DNA of 64,000 bases from Gammaproteobacteria bacterium (GTDB lineage: Bacteria > Pseudomonadota > Gammaproteobacteria > Steroidobacterales > Rariloculaceae): NCBI GenBank assembly GCA_022819855.1, contig JAJEGN010000005.1, positions 347,061 through 411,060 on the forward strand, given 5' to 3'. The position numbers were made by a program, and so were the translations under genes. How positions within the stretch are numbered: the first letter of the stretch is position 1; each line of letters begins with the position of its first letter. The notes beneath the pieces are model-generated. The model did not search any database and was not told where the DNA came from. It worked only from the letters and a program-made list of their open reading frames with translations. Shown here piece by piece: positions 1 through 9,625 of the stretch.

Positions 1-1
1 C

Positions 2-223
2 GATGTCCACCCGGCACCGGAAGCGGCTCAACAGGTCGATCGTCTGGGGGCGGGCGGTGCCGAGATCGAGGATCACCCAGCGACGATTCTCGGCGAGTGC
101 ATCCATCACCGAGCGAAACAACGGCACGGTGACCGCCTGCACTGACTCAAGGTCCGCGGACACGGCGTCGGCGCGCGGCGGAGTGCTGCGTCGCGGCGTG
201 CGCTTGAACGGGCTCGGTGTCAG
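2..223 (-). CDS. Partial CDS running off the window edge; hypothetical, possibly methyltransferase-like
   Basis: Manual translation gives an open minus-strand frame (...VMDALAENRRWVILDLGTARPQTIDLLSRFRCRVDI) with an ILDLG motif resembling SAM-binding motif I. Start codon not resolved. Confidence 0.4.
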   Translation of the reverse strand, partial: MTPSPFKRTPRRSTPPRADAVSADLESVQAVTVPLFRSVMDALAENRRWVILDLGTARPQTIDLLSRFRCRVDI

Positions 224-264
224 TGTGTCAACTCTGTGTTCGGATTCTTGTCGCGAGAGGAGTG

Positions 265-816
265 CTACGCGGTGCCGGTTTCCTTGGCGGAGGACTTGAC
301 GTTGGCGAGCGTGGCGGGCGCGGTGCGCTCCGACGCTCCGGCGTCACTCTTGACCGTCTTGACGTCACGCTTGACGAGAGCACGTTCGATGCTCTTGGGA
401 TCCATGTCGATCGAGCCCCTGAAATGCGCGCCTTCCTCGAGACTGACGCGCGCCGCGAGCACGTTCCCCGTGATCTTCGCGGTGGCTCGAATCGCGACGC
501 TTTCGGAGCTTACGAGGTCGCCGCTGACTTCGCCCTCGATCGTCATGGACTTCGTGTACGCGTCGGCCTTGATGCGACCTTCCTTGCCGATCGTCAAGCA
601 ATGATTGGGCAGCCTGATCGTGCCGCTGACATAGCCTTCGACTCGCAGATCCTCGTCGCCGGACAGCGTGCCGTCGATCTTGATCGAGCGGCCGATCACC
701 GCAGTGCCGCCGCGCCCCGACCGGGCCGGGCCAGCCGACACGCTTGCAGGGTCGGCGCCGGACGGACTCTTGGTCTGGGCCGGCCGGCCGCGCGAAGCGT
801 CTTTCTTGTCAAACAT
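265..816 (-). CDS. Bactofilin (polymer-forming cytoskeletal protein, CcmA/BacA family)
   Basis: Beta-helix repeats VIGRSIKIDGTLSGDEDLRVEG...IGKEGRIKAD...IEGEVSGDL...LEEGAHFRGSIDM with disordered termini; GGGAG Shine-Dalgarno (SD) upstream. Confidence 0.92.
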   Translation of the reverse strand: MFDKKDASRGRPAQTKSPSGADPASVSAGPARSGRGGTAVIGRSIKIDGTLSGDEDLRVEGYVSGTIRLPNHCLTIGKEGRIKADAYTKSMTIEGEVSGDLVSSESVAIRATAKITGNVLAARVSLEEGAHFRGSIDMDPKSIERALVKRDVKTVKSDAGASERTAPATLANVKSSAKETGTA

Positions 817-960
817 CTGAGAACTCCCTATTCCTTAATTTCATTAAGGAGTTAGCACAATCGTCGCCCTACTATACCGAAGAAAGTTTGCCCTGTGGTG
901 CGCGGCTCTGCCCGTTACGGCACAATGACTCCTTGAGTACACAGGCCAGGGGGAATCGAA

Positions 961-1983
961 ATGTGGCGTTCGGCAACCTTGCTCGTCCTGCCCGGTCTGG
1001 CAGGCATCGCATACGCTCATCATAGCCAGGTCGGCATCTTCGACTCCAATGCCACGATCGAGGTGACCGGAGTCGTCAAGTCGGTGTCGTGGCGCAATCC
1101 GCACGGCCGGATTCTGCTCGACGTGACCGACGAGGACGGCAATGTCGTGGAGTGGGATGCGGAGACCGCGTCGATCAGCATCCTGCGCAATCGTGGAGTC
1201 GAAACGCCTTCGATCGCCGTAGGCGACACGGTCACCCTCGCGGGGGCGTCATCGGTACGCAACCGGCCGGAAATCCTTACGCGCAGCATTCTGCTGCCGA
1301 CGGACTACGAGTTTACCTTCGGCAGCAGCGAGGCCCATTTCCCGGCGGGCCAGGCCGGCCGGATCGTCGGACGCGCGGTCATCGAGGGGAATGTCGAAGA
1401 GGCGCTCGCCAGTGCGGACGGGATCTTCCGCGTCTGGTCGACGGACATGGGCGACCCGGAGCAGTTCCCGATGTTCAAGGGCGGCTATCCGCTCAGCGAG
1501 ACCGGCCAGGCCGGCTGGGACGAATGGGACCCGCACGACAACATCCTGCTCAGGTGCGGGACCAAGGGCCAGCCGCTCATCATGATCACGCCGCTACCGA
1601 TCGAGTTCGTGCGCGACGGCGACGTGATCGTCATGAACATCGAGGAATTCGACTCGATCCGTCGCATCCACATGTCGCCCGACGCCATGCCGCCCGCCGA
1701 GCACACGCTCATGGGATTCTCGCGCGGGCGCTGGGACGGCGCGACGCTCGTCGTCGAGACCGATCACATTGCGGCCGGCTACTTCGATTACCACGGCGTG
1801 CCGCAGAGCGACCGGATCCGCACGGTCGAACGCTTCACACCCAGCGAGGATTACGACCGGCTGGACTACAGCCTGACGACGACGGATCCGGTGAACTTCA
1901 CCGAGACCTTCACGCTGACGCGGCACTTCGTCTGGAAGCCGGAAAACACCGTGCACCCGTACGAGTGTCTGGAGCGGTATTAG
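961..1983 (+). CDS. Secreted DUF6152-domain protein with C-terminal beta domain
   Basis: Signal peptide ending AYA|HHS, WRNPH motif, C-terminal GFSRGRWDGATLVVET motif; GGGGA SD. Confidence 0.75.
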   Translation: MWRSATLLVLPGLAGIAYAHHSQVGIFDSNATIEVTGVVKSVSWRNPHGRILLDVTDEDGNVVEWDAETASISILRNRGVETPSIAVGDTVTLAGASSVRNRPEILTRSILLPTDYEFTFGSSEAHFPAGQAGRIVGRAVIEGNVEEALASADGIFRVWSTDMGDPEQFPMFKGGYPLSETGQAGWDEWDPHDNILLRCGTKGQPLIMITPLPIEFVRDGDVIVMNIEEFDSIRRIHMSPDAMPPAEHTLMGFSRGRWDGATLVVETDHIAAGYFDYHGVPQSDRIRTVERFTPSEDYDRLDYSLTTTDPVNFTETFTLTRHFVWKPENTVHPYECLERY

Positions 1984-2049
1984 TCCGGGCGAAGTCTTCC
2001 TGAACGAACTGCCGAGTCGGTCCACCCGGTCGACCAGCGACTGAGAATG

Positions 2050-2080
2050 CGGGCGGAGGGCCGCAGCGCGGCCCCGCCCG
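2050..2080. terminator. GC-rich hairpin between convergent genes
   Basis: CGGGCGG/CCGCCCG plus GGCCGC/GCGGCC stems; no clear U-tract. Confidence 0.4.
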
Positions 2081-2092
2081 ACGATCGACGTT

Positions 2093-2593
2093 TCAGTTGG
2101 GCCCGAGACCGAAGCCGGACGGGCGCCGTCCCGACATTTCCGCCTGGCGGATGATCTCGTCGCGCCAGCGCTGCTCGCGCTGCAGTTCGTCGAGCTGCTC
2201 GTCCCGGCGTTCCTCGCGCGCGGCCGCGGCCGCGACCTGCTCTTCCCGCGTGTAGCAGACGGTTCGGGTCATGCGCGACCCCGGGCGCTCCACGGACTCG
2301 CAGACCCGGCCGCTGTCGGCTTCCTGCGCGGTTACGGTTCTGAGTTGCGCGATCGTCGCATCGCTCTCGTTCGCAGCGTCGTCGTCTGGCGTGTCAGCGG
2401 CGGTCGGGGCCTGTTCCCGAGGCGCCGGCACCGGAGCGGCTTCCGCGCCGTCTTGCTGTTGGATCGGTGTCGCGGTATCGCCGCCCAGGAAGGAAGCTGC
2501 CGACGAAGCCGGAAGCGTCTGAACGGCGCCTGGAGGTTGAGAGGCACAGGCTGAGAGCAACAGGGTCACAGTCGCCAAGAGTATGAGTCTCAC
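2093..2593 (-). CDS. Hypothetical lipoprotein
   Basis: GTG start at 2593 with GGAGG SD; lipobox LLSA|C; C-x8-GSR-x5-C motif (VCESVERPGSRMTRTVC). Confidence 0.65.
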   Translation of the reverse strand: MRLILLATVTLLLSACASQPPGAVQTLPASSAASFLGGDTATPIQQQDGAEAAPVPAPREQAPTAADTPDDDAANESDATIAQLRTVTAQEADSGRVCESVERPGSRMTRTVCYTREEQVAAAAAREERRDEQLDELQREQRWRDEIIRQAEMSGRRPSGFGLGPN

Positions 2594-2719
2594 GACGAGC
2601 CTCCATATCCTGTCTTTTCGATCAAGGCTACCACAGCCCGACCGCATCTGTTCACGGCTTGGCGCCCGGGACGCCGAGAACCGAACCAGGCGTGGATCGC
2701 CGGACACGGGCCCGATCAC

Positions 2720-2749
2720 TTGACACGGCCGTGCGGCGAATCCTAGTGT
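2720..2749 (+). promoter_or_regulatory. Sigma70-like promoter candidate
   Basis: TTGACA (2720-2725), 18-nt spacer, TAGTGT (2744-2749), upstream of the 2864 gene. Confidence 0.45.
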
Positions 2750-2863
2750 CCTGAACCGCGGACAATATCAAGGTCGGTACGCGTTGCCAGAGTGAATTCA
2801 TGCACGTTGCGGCGCGCTCGTTGCGGCCGTGGACGCGACCCTGGTCATGACGGAGTGACAGCG

Positions 2864-4096
2864 ATGAAACTTACTACCGAGTCGGCAACTGCTACTGGCA
2901 AGGACGGACGAAAACCTGCGTGCGCCGCTGACACCGGCCGCGTCGATTCCCGGCGCCGCCGCCGTAGTCTGGCGTACGCCGGGACGGCCGCAGTCGCAGC
3001 GTTGGCAGCTTCCGCGACGGCGCTCGCCCATCACGGCTTCGGCCGCTTCGATCGTTCCCAGGAAATGGAGTTCACCGGGACCATCACCGACATCGATTTC
3101 GTCAACCCCCACGCGTACCTGCACTTCGATGCCGACCAACCCGACGGCGGCGCCATCGCGATGCGCTGCGAAATGCGGGCGGCGACCCTGCTCAGGCGTT
3201 CGGGCTGGAGCGCGGAGATGTTCACGATCGGCGCCCAAGCCACCGTCTACGGGTTCGGACACCGCGACGATCCGGCTTCGTGCTATCTCGAGGACATCAC
3301 GATCGGCGATGCGCCGGGTTTCAACCGCAACGATCAGTTCGAGCACAGCTCGTCCGGCGACCGGTCCGGTCGGCCGGTGCGCCTGCCCTCGGGCGAACTC
3401 AACATCTCCGGCGACTGGGCGCAGGAACAGTACGTCATTGCAATACCGCCCGACGGCAGCGGCGGCGGGCTCGTCCCGAAGAGCATGATCGAGGCCATCG
3501 AGTCGGGCGAACTCACCATGGCCGACGTGCCGTCGTCGGGATGGGGGCCGCGGCCGGTCACGCTGACCGCACGCGGACAGGCGGAGGCGGATGCGTTCGT
3601 GATGTGGTCGACCGAGGACAACCCGCGCCTTCGTTGCGAGCCGACCAGCATCCTCTTCGACTGGCTATTCGACGGCGCCGTCAATCGCATCACGCAGGAG
3701 GACGATCGGATCGTCGTCAACTACGGGCTCTACAGTTTCGAGCGCGTCATCCACATGAACATGGACGAGCATCCCGCCGACATCGAGCCGAGCTACGCCG
3801 GCCATTCGATAGGCCGCTGGGACGGCGATGTGCTCGTCGTCGACACGATCGGATTCGAACCCGGCGTCGTCGCGCCGCCCGTGCGCCACAGCGACCAGCT
3901 CCACGTCGTCGAACGCTACTCGCTCGATACCGACACGATGGAACTCAGGCGCGACTACGTGGCCGAGGACCCGGTCTATTTCGCCGAGCAGTACGTCGGC
4001 TCCGACATCGTGCTCCCGTCCGACGTACCGTACGTTGCCCACCCCTGCGACGAACTCGCTTATGAGTTCATCCCCGAGGAAGAGCGGGGCGATTGA
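2864..4096 (+). CDS. Secreted DUF6152-domain protein with C-terminal beta domain
   Basis: ALA|HHG after a hydrophobic stretch, FVNPH motif, GHSIGRWDGDVLVVDT motif. ATG 2864 preferred (GGAG SD). Confidence 0.75.
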   Translation: MKLTTESATATGKDGRKPACAADTGRVDSRRRRRSLAYAGTAAVAALAASATALAHHGFGRFDRSQEMEFTGTITDIDFVNPHAYLHFDADQPDGGAIAMRCEMRAATLLRRSGWSAEMFTIGAQATVYGFGHRDDPASCYLEDITIGDAPGFNRNDQFEHSSSGDRSGRPVRLPSGELNISGDWAQEQYVIAIPPDGSGGGLVPKSMIEAIESGELTMADVPSSGWGPRPVTLTARGQAEADAFVMWSTEDNPRLRCEPTSILFDWLFDGAVNRITQEDDRIVVNYGLYSFERVIHMNMDEHPADIEPSYAGHSIGRWDGDVLVVDTIGFEPGVVAPPVRHSDQLHVVERYSLDTDTMELRRDYVAEDPVYFAEQYVGSDIVLPSDVPYVAHPCDELAYEFIPEEERGD

Positions 4097-4182
4097 GTCC
4101 CGACGTGCGCGGCTCAGCAGGGCCGTGCCTGCCGGAACATGCGAGAATCGATGATTCCGGAACGCCCCGGCGGTCAATCGGC

Positions 4183-4965
4183 ATGAACGTCTTTCGAAAG
4201 GCGACAGTGAGAGTCGTGCTGGCAGCGGTCGTTGCCTGCATCGCTTCCGGCTGCGCGTCCATACCGAAGACCGCGGGTCCGGAGGACAACGACCCCATGG
4301 AGCGCATGAACCGCGCGATTTTCTCGTTCAATCAGAAAGCGGACCGGGCCATCGTCCGGCCGGTGGCGACCGGATACCGTCGCGTGACCCCGGATCCCGT
4401 CGAGCGGCGAGTCAGCAATTTCTTCGAAAACCTGACGGGCCCCGTCGTCGTCGCGAGCGACCTGTTGCAGGGCAAGTTCAAGCAGGCCGGCGCCGATACG
4501 GGCCGCTTCCTGATCAATTCCACCGTGGGCCTGCTCGGCATGTTCGACGTTGCCGGTCACATGGGCCTCGAAGCGCACGAGGAGGACCTGGGCCAGGTGC
4601 TCGGCAAATGGGGCATCGGGCGCGGGCCGTACATCATGCTGCCCGTCCTCGGACCCTATTCGCTGCGCGATGCTGCAGGACGCGTGCTGGCGCTGCCGAT
4701 CGAGCCGCTGCGGGAATACGACAACGACACCGGCGCGCGCAATTCGCTCGTGGTGCTCTACGGTATCGACACCCGCGTCGGCCTGCTTGCGGCAGACGAT
4801 GAACTCGATGCCGCGTTCGACCCCTACATCTTCCTGCGCGACGCCTATTACCAGCGCCGGGACTACCTTCTCCATGACGGCGAACCGCCGTCACTCGACG
4901 AAGAGTTCGGTATCGAGTTCTCGGAAGAGGATTTTCTCGGCGTGCCGCAGGAACCTGCCCGGTAG
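4183..4965 (+). CDS. mlaA: MlaA/VacJ outer-membrane lipoprotein
   Basis: Lipobox ASG|C; DPMERMNRAIFSFN, RFLINSTVGLLGMFDVA, EDLGQVLGKWG, GPYIMLPVLGP, DPYIFLRDAYYQRR. Confidence 0.95.
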   Translation: MNVFRKATVRVVLAAVVACIASGCASIPKTAGPEDNDPMERMNRAIFSFNQKADRAIVRPVATGYRRVTPDPVERRVSNFFENLTGPVVVASDLLQGKFKQAGADTGRFLINSTVGLLGMFDVAGHMGLEAHEEDLGQVLGKWGIGRGPYIMLPVLGPYSLRDAAGRVLALPIEPLREYDNDTGARNSLVVLYGIDTRVGLLAADDELDAAFDPYIFLRDAYYQRRDYLLHDGEPPSLDEEFGIEFSEEDFLGVPQEPAR

Positions 4966-4993
4966 GGATTCACGGCTGCCAATTCGTTCGCTT

Positions 4994-5022
4994 TCGCGAC
5001 TTCCTACGGCGCAGGCTCCCGG
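4994..5022 (-). repeat. REP-like repeat copy overlapping the mlaB 3' end
   Basis: Reverse complement matches 30334-30362 at 28 of 29 positions. Confidence 0.7.
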
Positions 5023-5345
5023 CTGCTCTCGGAATCGCCGCCTAACAGCGCCTCGACTTCGCTGATCCGGGCAACCGCGGCAATCTGCGCGGGGATGTTC
5101 CGGTAGTCGATGCGCCGGCCGGCACTCTGCGCCCAGCTCAGCCATTCGAGCAGCAGCGCGAGCCCGGCGCTGTCGGCCTGCCGGACGCCGGACAGGTCGA
5201 CGTCGATGTGCTCGTGATCGGCGAACAGGCGCCTGCTCTCGACAAGCATCGAGGTCACCGATTCGAACGTCAGGTCGGCGTTGAGCGCGAACCGGCCGTC
5301 GCCGAGATCCTCAAGTGCGCTGTTGCGGTGATCGTTGCGGCCCAT
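5004..5345 (-). CDS. mlaB: MlaB STAS-domain protein
   Basis: VDLSGVRQADSAGLALLLEW STAS motif; position in the mla operon. Confidence 0.92.
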   Translation of the reverse strand: MGRNDHRNSALEDLGDGRFALNADLTFESVTSMLVESRRLFADHEHIDVDLSGVRQADSAGLALLLEWLSWAQSAGRRIDYRNIPAQIAAVARISEVEALLGGDSESSREPAP

Positions 5346-5362
5346 GACATCCGCGTTCGGGT

Positions 5363-5980
5363 TCAGGCGCCGTCGTCGTCGGCGCCGTAGGCCTCGAGCC
5401 TCGATATGACGCTGTCCAGTCCGTTGGTCTGGATTTCGGAGCCGAGCTGGCTGCGCAGATTGCGCACGTAGGACACGCCTTCTATGACGATGTCGTAGAC
5501 CTTCCAGCCGCCGCTGCCCAGGCGCAGCTCGTAGTTGACCGGCACGTTGGAGCCGCCATCGAGCCTGACGAGCGTGCGGACCGTGGCCCTGTCGCCGTCG
5601 GGTTCGCCGCGCATGGGCAGGACTTCAAGGCGGTCGGAATCGAACTGCAGCAGTCCGTGACCGTAGCGTGTGACGATGTAGTTATACAGTGCCGTCGTGA
5701 AGCGTGCCCTTTGTTCCGGGGACGCGGTGCGTGAGTGCCGACCGAGCACGAGAAACGACGCGTAGGCCGTGTCGAAGCGCGGCAGAAATACCTGCTCCAC
5801 GATCGCGTTGAGTTCGGCCGGGTTGGCTTCGAGGTACTCCCGGCGCCCGTCCATCGACTGCAGAATCGCTTCGGCCGCACCGCGGACAATGGCCTCGGGG
5901 GTCTCCGGCGGAGCGTCCTGCTGCGCGTAGCCGGCGGTGCCGAAGGCGGCCAGGGCGACCAGCGCCAGCCGGGAGGGCAT
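5363..5980 (-). CDS. mlaC: MlaC periplasmic phospholipid-binding protein
   Basis: WKVYDIVIEGVSYVRNLRSQ motif; signal peptide from ATG 5980. Confidence 0.93.
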   Translation of the reverse strand: MPSRLALVALAAFGTAGYAQQDAPPETPEAIVRGAAEAILQSMDGRREYLEANPAELNAIVEQVFLPRFDTAYASFLVLGRHSRTASPEQRARFTTALYNYIVTRYGHGLLQFDSDRLEVLPMRGEPDGDRATVRTLVRLDGGSNVPVNYELRLGSGGWKVYDIVIEGVSYVRNLRSQLGSEIQTNGLDSVISRLEAYGADDDGA

Positions 5981-6107
5981 GTACCCGAACACTGTCGCCA
6001 AGCCGCTGGCAGCGCCCTGAACAACCCGGACCGCTGTTATCGTCAGTTCCACAAGCGGATGATTCGTTGAAGTTCGATTTTCGGGAACACGGTTGCCCGG
6101 AGTTTCC

Positions 6108-6569
6108 CTACTGCTCGCCGACGCTCAACAGAAACCTCCCGACGAGGTCTTCGAGCACGATGGCCGACTGCGTGAATTCGATTTCGCTGCCGTCCCTTAG
6201 CGGCTCAAGGGAGCCACCGGGGTTGAGGCCCACGTACTGACCGCCGAGGAGGCCCGAAGTGAGGATGCTCGCGTCGGAGTCCTCCGGGATGTCGGTGTAC
6301 CGAGGGTCGATTCGCAAGCTCACGACGGCCCTGAACCGTTCGGGATCGAAGGCGATGGCGTCAACGCGCCCGATGGTGACCCCGGCCATCGTGACGGGCG
6401 CCCTGACGGCGAGCCCGCCGACGTTGTCGAACCGCGCGGTGACGATGTAGCCGTCGTCGTTGAGATAGCTCCCGAGGTTGCTGGTCTGGGTGGTCAGGAA
6501 CAGCAGGGCAAGGATGCCCAGAAGAACGAACAGGCCCGTTCCAAGTTCAACCGTTCTCTTGTTCCGCAT
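6108..6569 (-). CDS. mlaD: MlaD MCE-domain protein
   Basis: ARFDNVGGLAVRAPVTMAGVTIGRV, ASILTSGLLGGQYV. Confidence 0.95.
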   Translation of the reverse strand: MRNKRTVELGTGLFVLLGILALLFLTTQTSNLGSYLNDDGYIVTARFDNVGGLAVRAPVTMAGVTIGRVDAIAFDPERFRAVVSLRIDPRYTDIPEDSDASILTSGLLGGQYVGLNPGGSLEPLRDGSEIEFTQSAIVLEDLVGRFLLSVGEQ

Positions 6570-6581
6570 CGGCAAGCCCCG

Positions 6582-7322
6582 TCAGATCAGTGCCGCTGTA
6601 ATCAGGTAGTCCAGTACCAATATGCTAACCGCGGTCGATACGACCGTGCGCGTCGTCGCCGCACCGACGCCCTCCGCGGTTGGCGTACACGTGTAGCCTT
6701 CGAACACCGCGAGCAGGCTTGCCGCAATGCCGAAGACCACGCTCTTGAAGATGCCCTCCGCCACGTCGCTGAGGTCGACGGTCGTGAGCAACTGCGACCA
6801 GAATACACCGGAATCGACGCCCATGACGCTGACGCCGATGGCATAGGTCCCGGTGATTCCGACCGCGTTGAAGATCGCCACCAGCAGGGGCATCGCGATG
6901 ACGCCGCCGAGAAACCTGGGCAGCACGACGCGCTCGATCGGGTCCACGGCCATCATCTCCATCGCGGAGAGTTGGTCGGTGGCGCGCATCAGGCCGATTT
7001 CCGACGTCATGGCCGTGCCCGCACGGCCTGCGAAGAGCAGCGCCGTAACCACCGGGCCGAGCTCCTTGAAAAGCGACAGCGCCGATAGGGTGCCGAGCGA
7101 ATCCTCTGCGCTGAAACGCGACAGCGAGTCGTAGCCCTGCAGTCCCAGCACCATGCCGACGAAGAAGCCGCAGATCATGATCAGGATCAGCGACACCGTA
7201 CCGGCATTATGGATTTGCGCGACGACGAGGCGGGGCCGACTCAGCGCGGCCCGGGGCAGCGCGGCGAGAATCTGCCCGAAGAAGATCGTCACGGCGCCGA
7301 GTTTCTGTATGGACTCGCGCAT
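6582..7322 (-). CDS. mlaE: MlaE permease
   Basis: KELGPVVTALLFAGRAGTAMTSEIGLMRATDQLSAMEMMAVDP. Confidence 0.96.
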   Translation of the reverse strand: MRESIQKLGAVTIFFGQILAALPRAALSRPRLVVAQIHNAGTVSLILIMICGFFVGMVLGLQGYDSLSRFSAEDSLGTLSALSLFKELGPVVTALLFAGRAGTAMTSEIGLMRATDQLSAMEMMAVDPIERVVLPRFLGGVIAMPLLVAIFNAVGITGTYAIGVSVMGVDSGVFWSQLLTTVDLSDVAEGIFKSVVFGIAASLLAVFEGYTCTPTAEGVGAATTRTVVSTAVSILVLDYLITAALI

Positions 7323-7438
7323 CACCGGTGTCCGTGCCGCAGTGGCAGCCGGAACTTCAATCGGGGCAGGTACACGGATTGTCCGTGGCGAAGGACCCGG
7401 GCGCGTGGCCGATGCAAAGCGATTGCCGGCATCCGCTG

Positions 7439-8257
7439 TCAGGACTCCCGCCGGGACAACAAGTGCTCCGAGTAGTCCGACGCCGGGTAGTGAAACGGCA
7501 CGGGACCGTCGGCCAGGCCGTGCATGAACTGTTGTACGAAACCTGAATCGTGCGTGCGAAGCTGCTCCGGCGTACCTGAGGCGACGACCTTGCCGTCGGC
7601 AAGGATGAAGCTCCGATCCGCGACGGCCGCCGTTTGCGCCACGTCGTGCGAGACCACGATGCTCGTGATGCCCAGGGCGTCGTTCATGTTCCTGATGAGC
7701 CTCAGGACGACGCCCAGCGCGATCGGATCCAGGCCCGCGAAGGGTTCATCGTAAATCAGCAGCTTCGGATCCATGACGATCGCTCTCGCGAGCGCGACGC
7801 GGCGAGCCATGCCGCCCGAAAGTTCGCTCGGCATCATTCGTGCCGCGCCTCTGAGCCCGACCGCGTGCAGCTTCGTCAGCACGACCTGGCGAATCATGCG
7901 ATCCGGGAGATTCGTGTGCTCGCGAAGCGGAAACGCGACGTTCTCGAATACGTCGTAGTCGGTCAGCAGGGCGCCTTGCTGGAACAGCATGCCGATCCCG
8001 CGCCTGAGCTCGTACAGCTCGCGCCGGGAAAGCTCGTTGACGATGCGGCCGTCGACCCGGATGACGCCGCGTTCCGGTTCGAGCTGGCCCGTGATGAGCC
8101 TCAGCAGCGTCGTCTTGCCGGTCCCGCTCGGACCCATGATCGCGGTGACCTCGCCGCGCCGGATCCCGAAGCTGAGATCGTCAAGGATCGGCCGGGCGCC
8201 CCGGCTGAAGCCGAGTCCCTCGATCTCGACGATGTAATCCGCCGCCGCGCCGGGCAT
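7439..8257 (-). CDS. mlaF: MlaF ABC ATPase
   Basis: Walker A GPSGTGKT, signature LSGGM, Walker B LLIYDEP, GMLFQQGALL. Confidence 0.96.
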   Translation of the reverse strand: MPGAAADYIVEIEGLGFSRGARPILDDLSFGIRRGEVTAIMGPSGTGKTTLLRLITGQLEPERGVIRVDGRIVNELSRRELYELRRGIGMLFQQGALLTDYDVFENVAFPLREHTNLPDRMIRQVVLTKLHAVGLRGAARMMPSELSGGMARRVALARAIVMDPKLLIYDEPFAGLDPIALGVVLRLIRNMNDALGITSIVVSHDVAQTAAVADRSFILADGKVVASGTPEQLRTHDSGFVQQFMHGLADGPVPFHYPASDYSEHLLSRRES

Positions 8258-8268
8258 CGCTCAGCGCG

Positions 8269-9501
8269 TCACTCGACCGGCTCTATGCGCATGATCGTGC
8301 CGTCGGCGTTCGCCCCGCCGAAGCTGAGTTCGGTGGCGAGGTAGATGAGTTCGTCGGGACCCTGGGCGATGTCGCGGACCCTGAGCCTGAGCGGCGCGAG
8401 CATGGGGTCGCGGCGCTCGTCCTGACTCCGGTTCCCGAACGATATGCGCAGCAGCACGCGGGTCGTCAGTGCGCCGACGAAGGCGCTGTTGGTCCACTCC
8501 GGGAACCGCTCGCCCGTGTAGAACATGATGCTCGACGGACTGACCGCCGGTACCCAGTGCATGCGCGGCATTTCCATGCCTGGCCGGTACCAGGGCTCGT
8601 CGGAGACGAGCGTGCCGGTGTAGTTGCGTCCGGTCGAGACGAGGGGCCAGCCGTAGTTGCGGCCCGGCCGAAGGATGTTGATTTCGTCTCCGCCCAGCGG
8701 TCCGATCTCGACCTGCCAGAGTTCTCCCGTTTCCGGGTGAAATGCGAGGTCGTAGCCGTTGCGGTGGCCATAGGTGTAGATCTCGGGCAAGGCGTCGTCC
8801 CTGCCGACGAAGGGGTTGTCGTCGGGGACGCTGCCGTCGTCGCGAATGCGCAGCGTCTTGCCGACGTGATTGCCCAGGTCCTGAGCCTTGATGCGCAGAC
8901 TTGGGTCGTCTTCGGGAATGCAGCACAGCCGATCGCGGTCGCCCACGGTGATGTAGAGCGTGCCATCCGGCGCGAACCTGATCCGGCCGCCGAGGTTTCC
9001 GCCCGCTTCCCAGGCGTCGGCGACGAATACCTCTTCGACGTCGACGAGCGTTTCGCCGTCGAGACGGCCGCGCGACACGGCGAGCGTCGTGCCGAGCTCG
9101 CCCCATTTGACGTGCGACAGATAAACGAGACCGTTCTCGGCGAAACCGGGGTGAACCGCCAGCGCGTGCAGCCGCGTATTGTTGGAGCCGCCCCGAGCGT
9201 CCTCGGGAGCCAGCGGCGCTTCCCAGACCGGGTCCGGGAGCAGTTCGCCGCCGCGAATCATGCGCAGCCTGCCGGCGTGCTCGTTGACGAGCAGCGTGTC
9301 GCTGTCGGGCAGGAAACCGATGCTCCACGGATGAACCAGCCCGTCGACGATGGGCACGAGGCGATAGGACACGCCGCGGGTCTCGAATTCGACGGGCTCT
9401 GTCGGATTGGCGCCGGGCGCAGGCGGTTGCGCCTGAACACCGGCGATGGCCAGCAGCATCGGGGCAACAAATACGGTCGCGAATCTTGTCGGAGGAGTCA
9501 T
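8269..9501 (-). CDS. PQQ-dependent sugar dehydrogenase (soluble GSDH/YliI family)
   Basis: GGRIRFAPDGTLYITVGDR, GKTLRIRDDGSVPDDNPF, IYTYGHRN, GGDEINILRPGRNYGWP; signal peptide. Confidence 0.92.
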   Translation of the reverse strand: MTPPTRFATVFVAPMLLAIAGVQAQPPAPGANPTEPVEFETRGVSYRLVPIVDGLVHPWSIGFLPDSDTLLVNEHAGRLRMIRGGELLPDPVWEAPLAPEDARGGSNNTRLHALAVHPGFAENGLVYLSHVKWGELGTTLAVSRGRLDGETLVDVEEVFVADAWEAGGNLGGRIRFAPDGTLYITVGDRDRLCCIPEDDPSLRIKAQDLGNHVGKTLRIRDDGSVPDDNPFVGRDDALPEIYTYGHRNGYDLAFHPETGELWQVEIGPLGGDEINILRPGRNYGWPLVSTGRNYTGTLVSDEPWYRPGMEMPRMHWVPAVSPSSIMFYTGERFPEWTNSAFVGALTTRVLLRISFGNRSQDERRDPMLAPLRLRVRDIAQGPDELIYLATELSFGGANADGTIMRIEPVE

Positions 9502-9625
9502 ATCGGCAGGCCTCGCGGATTGGCTGACAATCGGACCGCGAATCGTATCACGGGACACAGGCCGTGAAGGTTTGAATCAGGCGCGGTCTAGCGGCATCGC
9601 GAACGTGCCCGGACGGCCGGCTTGC

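Noticed and set aside
7323-7438. 116-bp mlaF-mlaE gap with a 36-codon ORF (MPAIALHRP...)
   Set aside because: No SD, composition or homology support.
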